A stretch of DNA of 64,000 nt from Trichoplax adhaerens (Eukaryota > Animalia > Placozoa): the NCBI RefSeq assembly GCF_000150275.1, contig NW_002060944.1, forward strand, positions 6,113,102 through 6,177,101, given 5' to 3'. Both the position numbers and the translations under genes were made by a program. Under the pieces are notes generated by a model. That model was not told the DNA's origin and did not search any database. It saw nothing but the letters and a program-made list of their open reading frames with translations. Position 1 is the first letter of the stretch. The number at the start of each line of letters is the position of its first letter. Positions 17,262 to 30,028 of this stretch are shown here, piece after piece.

Positions 17262-20200
17262 ATGAGAATGCAGCGTAATCAAATGATAACTGTGCTTGGT
17301 GGATTATTATTGCTATCGATTGCCATCATTACGTTGACCATTTTCTGTTTCTCTACAAAGAACAAGTAAGTTTTGAAGTGATAGTTTTAAAGGTTAAAAT
17401 TGTATTTAATAGTCCGATATTATGAAATCCAACTAGTTCTATCGATTATTTGATAAATGTACCTGATAGCATGAACAACAGGCTATATTGAGCATGAATC
17501 AATTGATATACTTGCTACATTTATATCTTCGATTTATTTTGGTATTATAATGAGTCAAGTAGCCAATGTGCACTATTTTAATCTTTGATAGCTTAGGTGT
17601 TGAAATTTAATTTAAAATATTAACATTGATATCACGATGATGTATTAGTTTATCTACTATTCAAAAATTTGGGGAAAGGCCGCAAAGTATTCACATTCAT
17701 TAGTTGTAATTATGAATTAAAGATAGCTTTTTGTTGGTAATAATTTGAAACTAATCCACAGTGAAGTTCATGCTACAGCTAATTTACTATGATATTAAGG
17801 AAGAATCTTTATGATAGACAATTAATAGAATAACCACAGTCCAAAATCAATTTGTCATCAGTTTAGATATTCGTCATAGTGACTTATTATGTGTTTGTTG
17901 CATGGGATTAACTTCGATTATCTTTCGATACAATTAATCAAGTCTGAAACATTTTTAACTTTCAAGATAGTTGAAACTAAAATTAAATACTTTACAATCT
18001 GGATTCCCAGTCACTACAGTTCTTCTATCAATTGTCCTGATCGTATTCATGTATTGCCGATATTTGATTAGTCTGTCATGGGCCGATGGTTGATGTTGAC
18101 AATTCATTAAAATTTATATAACGGATAAGTTGAATTATGTGTACAAACAATTTATTTGAATTACTAATTCAGTCCTAGTTCAAATAATGCTATTCTACGC
18201 GCACACTAGAAAGTTAACTCCACATACTTATTTCAGGCTTAAAATAAATCAAAAACCGAAGCAAGATATTTCTATCTATGGTGATAGTATCGCTTTTCAG
18301 TCTCAAGCGTGTAAAAAACTACAAACTTTCCTCTTTTTTATCGGTTATCCACGCAGTGGTCATTCCCTTATTGGTAGTATTATAGATGCTCATCCCCATG
18401 CTATTGTAGCGCATGAATATGATGTTATTGGTAAATGGCCGCAATTAAAGTCATCTAAGAATGATCAACATCAGCAATTACTATATCAGTTGTACAACAA
18501 TTCTAGATATCATGCTGTAAGTGGTAAGCGCGCTCCAACTCTATCAAGTTCAAATATTTATTCCTACCATATCCCTAATGAATGGCAAGGGAGATATCAA
18601 GGAGACATCAAGGTAAGATAGCTTTTTCTTTATTTTTTATATAATATATTAGCTAGCAGTAGAGCTGAATAACGCAAATAGATTATAGAGGATTAAAATA
18701 TTATTTTTTGCATAACTTTTCCACTGAAACTTTCTTTACTTTAATCCGATCGTTATGAGATAACCGCCAAGTATACGATCTGATCGCTCCATTAGCATAC
18801 TAATCAATCAGATTCAAATTTGAACACAAATTTAATAATAGAATTATTAGGCATTTGTGTTTTATTACGTAAGTTCAATAGTTTAATTAATTATCGTAGC
18901 TGAAGGATCATCGAATGCCGTTTATTAAAGTAGACTTAATCCAATCTAACTGTTCGATGACTAAGAGAAATAAAACTATATCCTTTGTTACTTCCATCTA
19001 AAATAGTATCACTTTGTTTTTATGGCTTCTAAAACGATGCGATCATTTCAAAAAGTTGATAGCTAGTAGTTAAGTACCCTTGAAATTGAATTGATGGCGA
19101 TAACAGTCAACTGGATATTATATGTCTACTTAAAACAAAAGAAAATGACAATTAATGTAGTCACCGTGGATTGCCGTCGGCAATGTCAATGCTAGTTGAC
19201 TAAATTGAATTGTCTTTGGTCAATCTACGGGGCGATTAGCTTAGCCAACTTTGTAATTAATAAAACAATAAAATCGCCTTGGTTGTCCTATTGTATTTTG
19301 ACAATTTCAATACATCAATAGAGATGAGGGGGGGAAAATTTCGAGACATTAAACTTGTTGTTGGCGTGAGATTAACAGATTGTGACATTATGGCTGCGCC
19401 ATTCCAAAAGATATAGTGGTAGTTTCATAGCGATAGTAAAGTAATGAAATAGACTAAACATTTTTCTTTTCTCTTCTGTATTTATCCTAGGTAATTGGTG
19501 ATAAGCAAGGTGGTAAAACTACTCGGCATTTTCGTCTCGATGAACAAAAATCGACAGCTGTTGTTGATTATCTCAAGTTAAAACTCCGTATTGATGTTAA
19601 ATTTATCCACGTTGTACGCAATCCTTACGATGTTATCTCTACCGCTTATATCAGGCGCTATGGTAAAAGGCAGACGGATCCGACTAAACAACAGGTTAAA
19701 GATGCAACAGTAAAATAATGTCGACAATATCATATGTAGTAATACGGAGTGAAAGAATTTCATCCTATAATTAAACTGAGTTGAAAACCTTTTAATTTAT
19801 GATTGTATGTAATTCTGAGTTTCATTTTAAGAAATGTGATATCATGGTTGTATCAGTTATTTAGAATTTTACGAAGAAATCTATCGTTTATTGCAATAGT
19901 TATGAAGATAATATCAATATTGCAGTATTATTTTATTTGAGATGGAAAATTTTAAGTATATATACAATATAGTGTTTTAATTACCTTTAAAAGAAAGAAT
20001 GCCTAGCATGATATTGCTCTATCTTGTCGCTGTAACTTTGATTAATATTGTATAGTAATGTTGTGTTATTTCCACTTGCAATAGGAATATATTTCCAATG
20101 TTGATATGAAGAAACTACGTCGGATAATTAATCATTTCTTTGCCGATGCTAAAATAAATTGGCATCTTAAAGACCGCCTTAATGATACTGTCTTGGATAT

Positions 20201-20426
20201 TTATACCTCTGATGTTATTGCTAATCCTAAGAAACAAGTTATGAAAATATGCCTATTCTTGCAATTAGAATGTTCTCAACAGTATATAAGTCATACTACC
20301 GGCATTATCCATGCATTTCAATCTAAAACAAGGAATTATATTTATTGGCCTCCTAATCTAATCAAGATGGTAGCCAAACGATTGATACAATATCCGTTTT
20401 TGTCACAATTTACTTTTAAAAATTGA
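17262..20426 (+). CDS. Type II membrane (Golgi-type) PAPS-dependent sulfotransferase-family protein, ~341 aa
   Basis: Exons 17262-17365 (short tail + TM VLGGLLLLSIAIITLTIFCF), 18237-18612 (5'-PSB-like FIGYPRSGHSLIGSIIDAHP), 19491-19694 (IGDK..FIHVVRNPYDVIST, 3'-PB-like) and 20085-20426 (DVIANPKKQVMKICLFL). Phases match; total 1026 nt. Confidence 0.8.
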
Positions 20427-21689
20427 CCTTTAACAAGGATGTATATTAATTATATATTGCCCTAAATGAAGACCCAGTACGAAATGATAGAAATCTATTC
20501 CTTTTCCTGAATAGAGAGGTTATACATTTATCGAATTCAAATGTTAATATATGAACCTTCAAATACTGTATATACCTATATATACTCGAAAGTTAAAGAA
20601 ATGGATATAGTAATAGAGTCTTTATAAGCTGATAGTCATGCAAAAAATAAAGTAACAACATAACACATTTAAATATTACTTACGCTGAATATTAATTGAT
20701 GGTAATCTTTATAAATATTAGCTTTTCAGTCGATTAAATGAATTTATGATAGCAGTGGTTGTCATTTAGTAATATTTGCTGCCGTATACATTTACGAAAC
20801 GATAGTCAATTGGATCTAAGCCATATATGCAGTACCTACATATAAAGTATACCGTCTATAAATATACACAAGTATCTGACTGTCTGTCTACATATTCGCT
20901 TGTCTAACTTATCTGCATATTCATGATCTATACGTATATATCCATAAATCTAATATTTGTAATTTATATCTAAATTATCATGATTAACAACTTGTTAATT
21001 TTCTTATCAATCATTACGACTAGACGATCTACGTCCATCTTTCCATTATAAAACATCAATGTTATCAACATTAGATATTGAATTCTACAATCTAATTTGA
21101 TTCCGCCGATCGCGATCATCACAATAAATTTTGCGAATATAACAATATGACATGCTTTCTGTATAGATGATTTATTAGCACAGTATCCTGTACTTTCAAA
21201 AATATTTTATGGTTAGATTATCCTTACTCGTTAAGTATGCTTGCTAACGTCGGCATAACCCTACTTGCCTACAGTCCATAGGAATATGCATATGCCTATA
21301 CAATTGAAAGTAACCAATTTTATAAACACCTAACAATATTTACAGTTAATATATCTCCAAGATAAAATGATTATAATCAACGCTATTATTATTAATATAG
21401 TTGTAGATCTACATTATTAAGGCTACACATTAGTATAGCATAACGCTATATAGAAAAAAGTCTGCATGATTATAATATTATCATTTGCCATAGATCTTTT
21501 GATATAAAACACTCGATACATCGAGTGACTGGAGACCCTACTTACTCTAATGTAGTGAAAAGTAGAAATCCTTGGTGAAGTTGATACAAGTTTGTCCGTC
21601 GTAAAAGGACGGACGATGGACAAAGAGGGAAAAAGGAACGGAAGGGACGAGCGATGGACAAAATTTATGGGGAAGTCTGGGCTCGGCCT

Positions 21690-21770
21690 GTGCTACAATA
21701 CTACTATACAGTGTACAGTACTACAGTACAGTACAGTACAGTACAGCATTGTACTGTCACCTGTACCATA
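21690..21770. repeat. (CAGTA)n microsatellite-like array immediately upstream of CCDC12
   Basis: TACAGTGTACAGTACTACAGTACAGTACAGTACAGTACAG ends about 60 bp before the ATG. Confidence 0.85.
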
Positions 21771-21808
21771 GTTTCATGCCTCTATGAGATTCAGGAAGGA
21801 ACGGTAAC

Positions 21809-23531
21809 ATGGCGACTGAAGGAATTAGCTCATTGGAACTTGCTGCATTAGAAAGGAAAGGAAGATTAAAAGCTTTAGCAAAAGAAAAAGGCGATAGTCA
21901 TGGCAATAGTAAGGTAAAAATTGTAAGTGATAGCTTTGATTACAAATTGCATGACATTGGATAGAATAAAATGATGTAGGACCAGTTCTTACAATGGAAT
22001 ACGACTGTGCTCCATTCGTGGCTATAATAAAATACAACAAGCTTACTTCTCGCCAGTGGAAAATTTCATCTTTATTATTCGTAGGAGCTTAGTTGATCTG
22101 GTTATTTAACTTTATAAGAGATAAAAATTAAGTTTTAAAACAAGCACTAGTAAAATAATCCGGTTAGAATAACCTACAGTATGTTGTAGTCACCACTGGA
22201 AAGGAAATCCATAACAACGTCGATGTTCAATCGCGTTGTCATGTGCTGTGATGAAACTTATTTTTTGTATATGTCATACTTGTTATAGCTGTTGATATAT
22301 TTGTAATGTAGAATCACTGAGTCATCATTCATGATATGTTGATATTAATATTAATCAGGATCGCGGTGAAAAAAGGCAGCTAGAAAACACAAGTTCCAAG
22401 TAAGACTATCTGATTGAATAAATGAAATTAATCATCAATGACATTTCAAAAGAGTTGTATGCTGTCGATTGAGATAACTAACGTGAAATGTCCAATTTGG
22501 GCTATACATCTTGTTGTAACACATTTCTACCGTTCATTATTAGTATGCCGAGAGTCAAGTTTAGGAATTATCTACCCCAAGATGACAGTTTAAAGGATCA
22601 AAAAATGGAAAAGCCGTCAGCACCAACAGGTATTTTGAAAGATAATTTCTTAGTAGCCAATGCTCGTCAATGAAACGATATTGTACAGTAGATGTAGGCA
22701 TTGCATCATTGTCTTGTAGAGTGATAATTAACCGATACTGTTATGGGAATTAAACACTGCTGAACGTTTAGAAAGTACACTTATACATGGACGTGATTTC
22801 TATCTTATAAATGTTTGTCTAATGTAATCTTATTCAATATCATAGCTCAGGAAGACGTTGAAGAGATTCTAAGTTCGACTAACGCGAACACTAAATATGA
22901 AGGAGTGGTAATGATAACAATCCCACTTTTCATATGAGACCCAATTTATATGGTTATAGGTATCCTCGAATCCTTATGCAATGATTTTTTATTCGCTTTT
23001 CATTCGATTTCTACCATAGGATTTGGTTAATCTAGCCCCGAGAAAGCCTGACTGGTTAGATTCAATGACCGTATCTTCATTTTGTCATACTATATTACAA
23101 ATGGATACTGCAATCATTTAATATGATAGGGAAACAGCTAAAAATTTATCAAAATATCTACTAGATTTAATTTATTATAGCACTTTCCAGTCGCTTACAA
23201 TTACTATCCTTCTGTTCTTTGCAATACTAATACCAAGGATTTATTTAAAAGAAAATTTATAATTTTCATTTCAATTTTAGGGATTTAAAACGCACAATAG
23301 AAGATAAAATGCAAAAATTGGAACGGAAAACACAAAGGAGTATCGTTGATATTATTAGTAAGTTAAATATTATTTACTGTAAACGAGAAAAGAATTCTTA
23401 TTATCATTAGTTTTGGAAGACCCATTAATTTTATGCTTCATTTTGCAGGAGAGAGACTCCGAGAAGGCAACCTAGCGACTGCAGTAGAAACGGTTACTAA
23501 TAATGCAGGTTATGAAGGCGACTCTGATTAA
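21809..23531 (+). CDS. CCDC12: Coiled-coil domain-containing 12 / Cwf18 spliceosome factor
   Basis: LELAALERKGRLKAL, VKFRNYLPQDDSLK, VDLVNLAPRKPDWDLKR.IE.KM.KLERKTQRSI.DIIRERL; stop 23529-23531. Confidence 0.92.
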
Positions 23532-24819
23532 TTTTTCGCTAATGTAAATCTCCCTTAAGATGTACATTTTTACTGTTCCGGTTTCTACTGCTATAAAAGT
23601 TATTGCTTAACAAGAATTAAACACTGTAATGTAGAATAATTCGAGATTGTATTTAAATGTATTTAATTAGCTTATGATATTTGTTTTTTACTTTTACTAC
23701 TGGAAAAATTTTCATCTAGTAAAACCCTGTATAGATTCTAATGGCAAGTAAAAACATGTTACACTAACGTAAATACCATATACTATACATGCATATGTAC
23801 CAATAACGTTACAGTACATAACAAAGAATTGTTAAATTTAGTTAAATGTTCTTGTATCTTCGTACTGCTATGTTTTTTACTTGCTTTATTCGTCACTACG
23901 AATGTCATTACGCGACCTAGTCCAGGGTACATTACTTGCTAACAGTTGATTGTCTTTTTCCGTACACACTACTGGTATTTACAATCACGGAATTTTAATA
24001 AAAAGGTTGCGAACTACAAGAAATGGTCTATTCCTATAGTTCTCGCTTTCAGAATGATAATGACTTTTCTCAATAGCCACGTACTGTTCATCATTGTACA
24101 TATACATGCTTTGGTCGCTGCTTGGCGATAATGCAGCTTAATGCTGTATAGATGCGAAAATAGTAGTTGTGCAAGGGTAGCTAATACTAGTTAATATCGA
24201 TGACATCACTTACATTAATGTCCGAATATATCGCATAATTGAATTGACTACTGTAGATGGTATAAAATAAAAATAATAGTAATTATTCCATGCAGTAATT
24301 TGAAACAGTAGCCCGAAAATAGATTAAAATACTGCCGCAAGCGTCTAACATAAAATAGATAGTATACTCCTAAATATGATACATCGTACCACTATGAGGT
24401 AAATATACAAAAGTATCACAGAGAAAAAGTTACGGTCTCTGGTAACCATTAGGGATAGCATTACAGTACTTACACTAAGGATATGATATCGTTGTAACTT
24501 TATAAAGATCTCAATATTATCTTGGAGTATTTTTACCATTTGCTTGAAAAGTTAAAGTTTCTTGAATTTTAAAATTTTATTATTTCTGAAACTGTTTCTG
24601 CCACAATACTTCGAGCAACGTGCAGAGTACATGAGGTAATTCTTTATTGAAAACATGTAGATATCACTTAAAAATAAAATTAATGCATCTTCTGTTTTAT
24701 GAATTACGTGAATAGAACCAGACTTATTTAATTTCTGGATTTTATCATAAGTTCAACTTTGCATAATACAACTGATAGCTCGTAAATGGTAGTTCTATTC
24801 CAGTAAATTGTGCTTCTAG

Positions 24820-26410
24820 TTAACAGCTAAGCTCATGCGGATTGAGTATGTGAAACAAGGTCTTGATCCTAAATAGAAAAAAATAGGAAATGTAATTATT
24901 ATATTAATAATCATATCGTCAATTTCTTTTTTGCTACAATAATCATTTATATGTATGTTAGCCATTTCGTTAAACTCTGCTATTATGTAATATTGTTCAT
25001 TATTGTAATTTTAAAAAATTTAGATTATTACAGCAGTTAATTTAGAGAAATAGGAATGGTTATAAGCAATTTAACAGAAACTGACTATGATCGTTACCAT
25101 GATGATATGAATATTAGGTGTGCGAAAGAATTAAGAGGGATCAGTAGGCTTTCGTTAGCAAAATAATGAAGTGATGTGATATTTATAAAGAATAGCCCAC
25201 TTGTTAACAGCTAGCTATAGTGAATTTTATGTCATTAAAGGATAACTTACTATAGATATATGAATACCAACAATTATCTGAATAGTAATAACAAATACTA
25301 TCGTAATTGATGTAAAGGTATATATACAGTATAAGTGTAATATCTTAATCGTATTATAAAACGGATATATTGAGATTGTAGATGCTAACTGTAATAGACT
25401 ATTACATTTTATGTTGATTGTTCTATGTAACTTAAAATCTAGAAATCTAATTAAACATACACATGAAAGATAATGTTAGATAGATTACCTACAGTTAATG
25501 GGTAACTTTTATAGCAATTGATCCACTATAAAAATTGCGTATTATCAGAATAGTTTGATATGTACAAATACACTAATTAAGTGATGTATCGCGTGATTTC
25601 GTCATGATACAGCAGCAAAATGATGTTGCAATTAATAAAAGTGATTGCATTAATGATTTATACCTGTGCAGTGTAACTCCCAATTCCGCTTGCGTAAGAT
25701 CAGTAATGTTTTTAGAATGGACTTTGTTTTCCTGGACGCCTAAACCGTTTGTGCTGGTAAGATGATACAGGGTGTAGGGCTTGTCGGACAATCCGTGAAT
25801 TATTGGGGAATCAGTTATCACATTCATAATCAACTGTGGCAAAAATAATAAGCATCGTGCTAAGATTTAAGATTATGAATAAAATGAATTAATTACTCTC
25901 TTATATTTCTACATGTGCGAGCACAGCATAATTCGATGTGTATCGTATCTACTGATAATATGATTTATAACAGTATATGGTATCTGTTCGTTCTAACATC
26001 CTGATTAAAATTTCATTTGTAAAAGTAGCTAAAGTATCGTCTAATATTAACATGTTTTATGTCATAAATAAGCATGACCATTATTTCAGAACTAAATGCA
26101 AATGCAATAATACATGTGTAAGAAAAATTCTCGAATAAAAATTCACAACTTTGTTTTATTAATTTGTATTAAAATATCTATATGGGCTAACATAGTTGAC
26201 GATGTTAATATCGTAGCTTAACGTTATCAACTGGTATGATAAATTACGAGATTAAAGATACGCAATTTCAGCTATCGCTACGGTAAATAAGAAGTTACCT
26301 ACCCGGTTACTATCTGGAAGATTCTTGGCAATTAATTGATAAAGATTTTTTCGAAATTCTTGAGTGACCACTGATGATGGTAAGTTAGTTTCAAGGTTAA
26401 GGTAAGCCAT
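24820..26410 (-). CDS. MIF/tautomerase-family paralog A (divergent, no Pro1), 108 aa
   Basis: Exons 26410-26303 (108 nt, MAYLNLETNLP..), 25833-25664 (170 nt, ..GLSDKPYTLYHLTSTNGLGVQENKVHSKNITD...ELGV) and 24868-24820 (RIKTLFHILNPHELSC*). Same intron positions and phases as its neighbours. Confidence 0.8.
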
Positions 26411-28523
26411 GTCTTTAGTTTTAGCACGAACCTGATGAGAAATAGCTTGACAACTTTGTTAATATGCTAAACTCTAATTTTTCTATTATCCCTGTTTTAT
26501 ATTACATCTGAGCATGCAGCAACTAATGTTAACGTTAGTTTTTATTTATTTAGTTTTAATTACTTGAGACACGTGATAGATGTGGACAAGTAGTTACTAT
26601 GACTCAATTATTAAGTTAAAAAATGATACCATAATATTATGTCACTCTAATAATCTAATGATACTTTATTATTATTTTTAATCGGAGTAGATGATGGACA
26701 TAAATGGATAATAATAATAGCAATAATGTAAACATTGGATCTATTCATGGTACGAATTCTAGGCGCAATAACACAATAATGGTATAATACTTTGTTAATC
26801 GACTAATGATCTGCAGCATTGTTAGTTTTTTCATGATGCAAATATAGTATTACCATCTATTCAAGGAAATTAATAAGCTGATGTCACAAACCAGCTTCGT
26901 GACAAAGATAACGTAAAACAAATTTTGAAATTGCTATAGTCTCCGGGATTCAGTATCCCTTAACCATCTCACAAGAATTTAGACGCCTTTTCTTCTTTGT
27001 TAAACAACTATAGAACTCTTCTTTTATTGACTATCTGTCGAGCTCAAATACCCTTCGGCAGCTGCTATCATGTATGAGTCATAATTGTTCAAGAAATTTA
27101 GTTCGTGTTGGATAGCTAAATTAATGCAGAAATTATTCATAATCTTAGACATGTACTGAACGATTCTAGATAATTAGGTTACAGTATATCCATGCACAGA
27201 ATTATTTATAGTACCATCTGTAATTGGATATCTTCAGGATATTCATCACAAGCGTTACAAGACATAGCACTATAATCAATTAACATTAGTTACCGTGTAA
27301 GAACTCTTACTACAGTACAGCATAATTTACTATAACAAAATAATAACTACCTTAGTTTTTACTGTACTGTAAGTCATTATTAGTTATCTCCATAGATAAA
27401 TATTAACCACTAAATTTAGTCATTTACTTTTCACGGTAGTTCCTACCGTGACTGCTGAAAAATGCGATAAAAGCACTAAATGTTAAATGACAAATATTAT
27501 TGTACCTATAACATTTCAATTTTATAATTTCGTGCCCTCATGAAAGCGATTTAATTCTTCAATGCTCCATCAAAATGATCGATTTCGCTCATATAATTAA
27601 TATTTTCATATTTGAAATATGATAAACTATCGATCGACATTTGCGTTACTTTACTATTTCATTCAGATGAATGTAGTAGCTTTGTAAGCTTTATTAGCTA
27701 AAAATTCATTTGTATACTCTCACTTTATAGAGCTATAAGGTTTGGATATTTCTAATGGAAAGCCTCCAAATTGTAGCACTAGCCAATATAAATTTATATC
27801 TTCAATATGGGTACTATTAAAACTTTCATGCATTGCACTAATTGACCTTATTTAAAGATTACAATTTCGTATCTGAATAGTTATATTATACAGTGTTTAT
27901 CTAAAATTTTGCCATTTTCTTTATGCTATAGTTTGTAAGCGCTTACATTAAGATTTGGTTTAAGGACGTAGTACTGAACAATTTCTGTACTAATAGTATG
28001 TCCTGTATTATCCGAAGCATAGGGGTATGAATTTCGATGATAAAATCCTTTAACAGTTCCGTACGATTATCATCATCTTCTGCCCATGGAAACAATGAAT
28101 TAGTTGCTAGACGAATAAGCCAATACTAGGATAATGATTTATGTAATTTAATGACACAAGGTGTTTTCTATCATTTCTTATAGATTGGCGTTATTCGATT
28201 AGTTCAATCATTAATACCATGAATTCAAATCATATAAAACTTTTCAAGACCCACAATATTTTAAGAATTACACGATGTTAAGAGATATGGTTTTTATTAG
28301 TTATGAAGAATTGTAGTAAAGTTTATGATTAAGGTGGAAGCAGGTCAGTAATCTTTCTTTAAAATTACTGCTGGTATCCGATAAATAAAACAGGGTGCAC
28401 TAACACTCTAATTTTTCAGGTGAAGGGTGTTTCTCGTTACTCCTATTAACGGATACAGTATTTTTACATTGCTAGTAAACGAATTCCTTCTTCAATTTCA
28501 AGCAATTGCCATATAAAGTCGCC

Positions 28524-30028
28524 TTAAGCAAATGTTGAACCACCATAGCCTATGTCCTGTTCAGCTACATCCAAAAATTGAATGTACATTCTAAAACGAA
28601 AAAATAATTTCATCCAATGTAGCTAAAATTAGTTGGAATCACTTGATATCAAGAATACGATTCTAAAATGTAGAAAATCTAAAACAGTTTGGCAATACTA
28701 CGATTTTCTATTACTACGTTACCTCTTTGATGAAATTTTAAGGTGGCCTTCAATCACATCTGTTAAGGCTTTGCTGTGGAGTTTATTTTCTGCTTCGCCT
28801 AGCTGTCCAATTGATATCACTTTCACAAATGCTGCAGGATCATCAGTACCACCGAATATGAGATTAGCGCCACCTTTTGCCGATACCATGACGTACTAGT
28901 ATACGTATAACGTGAAAAGCTCTTATTTAATAAACATCATAGTACATTGGTGAAGATTTTATTGATTGTTAACACCTAACCATAGTATAAAAATGTTGTA
29001 ATCTCTTAATATGCTACAATGCATTGATAGGGATGACGTACAAAATGTTTTTAATCTGTGGATAAAAAAGACTTCAATTGGCTCAACTACAAAAAAAGTT
29101 AGATGTGAGGCGTTATATATGCCCTTCATTTAGAGTTGATCTAATATGTAATAGCGTAAATGCCTCAGGTTGTGACTACAATTTAGAATATAATGTAACA
29201 TAGGTAACCCATACGCGTCTACTAATTTAATCTATTTATATATACAGTAAGAAGGCACTCTTTGATGGTGGAAACAGGTAAAAAAAACGAGCTCGCTTCA
29301 TGACTGATGCTTTCTCCAATTGTAAGGTGCAGATTAGTTTGATAATTTGTAGTAACTAAGTGAAAGGATTGAATAGTGAAGTTCTATACGCGTATAATAA
29401 TAGTAAAGGAAAAACGGGAAGGATAAGAGCTAACTGGAGATAATGTAGAACAATCAGAGAGTAGGCTACTGATTGATAGCTGCGAGTAGGCAGTAGCCCA
29501 AATAAAAGCTTTTCAAATAGAGAATCTTGGATGATTCTGAAAGTGCACTATTTAACAGTAGTGAAGTAACTGCTTTTCCTTCCAAAGATACTAGCGAACC
29601 GTAATATTTGCTATCGCATGCACTAAGAAGATGAAGGATGCTAGACCGTAGGGTATAATAGGTCAGCAACGTCATGAATGTCCAATAAAATTCTTGAAAA
29701 GAAGAAGTTACCTTCTATCATTTAACTGCAAACAACAGCTACTGTTGGGCACTGTAACTTGATGTTGAAAGGGACTATTCCAGTAACTAAATACGTCTAT
29801 AAGAGTCAATTACTATTGTTTTTCAGGAAGAAATTGGCAGAAAAGAACTACTCTACTACGAGTACAGTATATATATCTTTTGCCAAGGTGTGTGACTACA
29901 TGATTCAACAGTATTCTTACACTTTCAGGCTTTTGCAACGTGGCTGCAAGGGTACTGGATAGATCTTTAAGAAGCTTTGATGAGATCTGATCTTCAGGTA
30001 CGTTGGTCTCAATTGCTACGATAGGCAT
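28524..30028 (-). CDS. MIF: Macrophage migration inhibitory factor (canonical paralog B), 115 aa
   Basis: Exons 30028-29921 (108 nt, MPIVAIETNVP..LQKPES), 28895-28723 (173 nt, YVMV..FGGTDDPAA..SIGQLGEAENKLHSKAL) and 28590-28524 (67 nt, RMYIQFLDV..IGYGGSTFA*). Pro1, Lys32, Ile64 and Tyr95 are retained. Confidence 0.93.

Noticed and set aside
28633-28899. 88-aa plus-strand ORF
   Set aside because: Antisense shadow of MIF exon 2.
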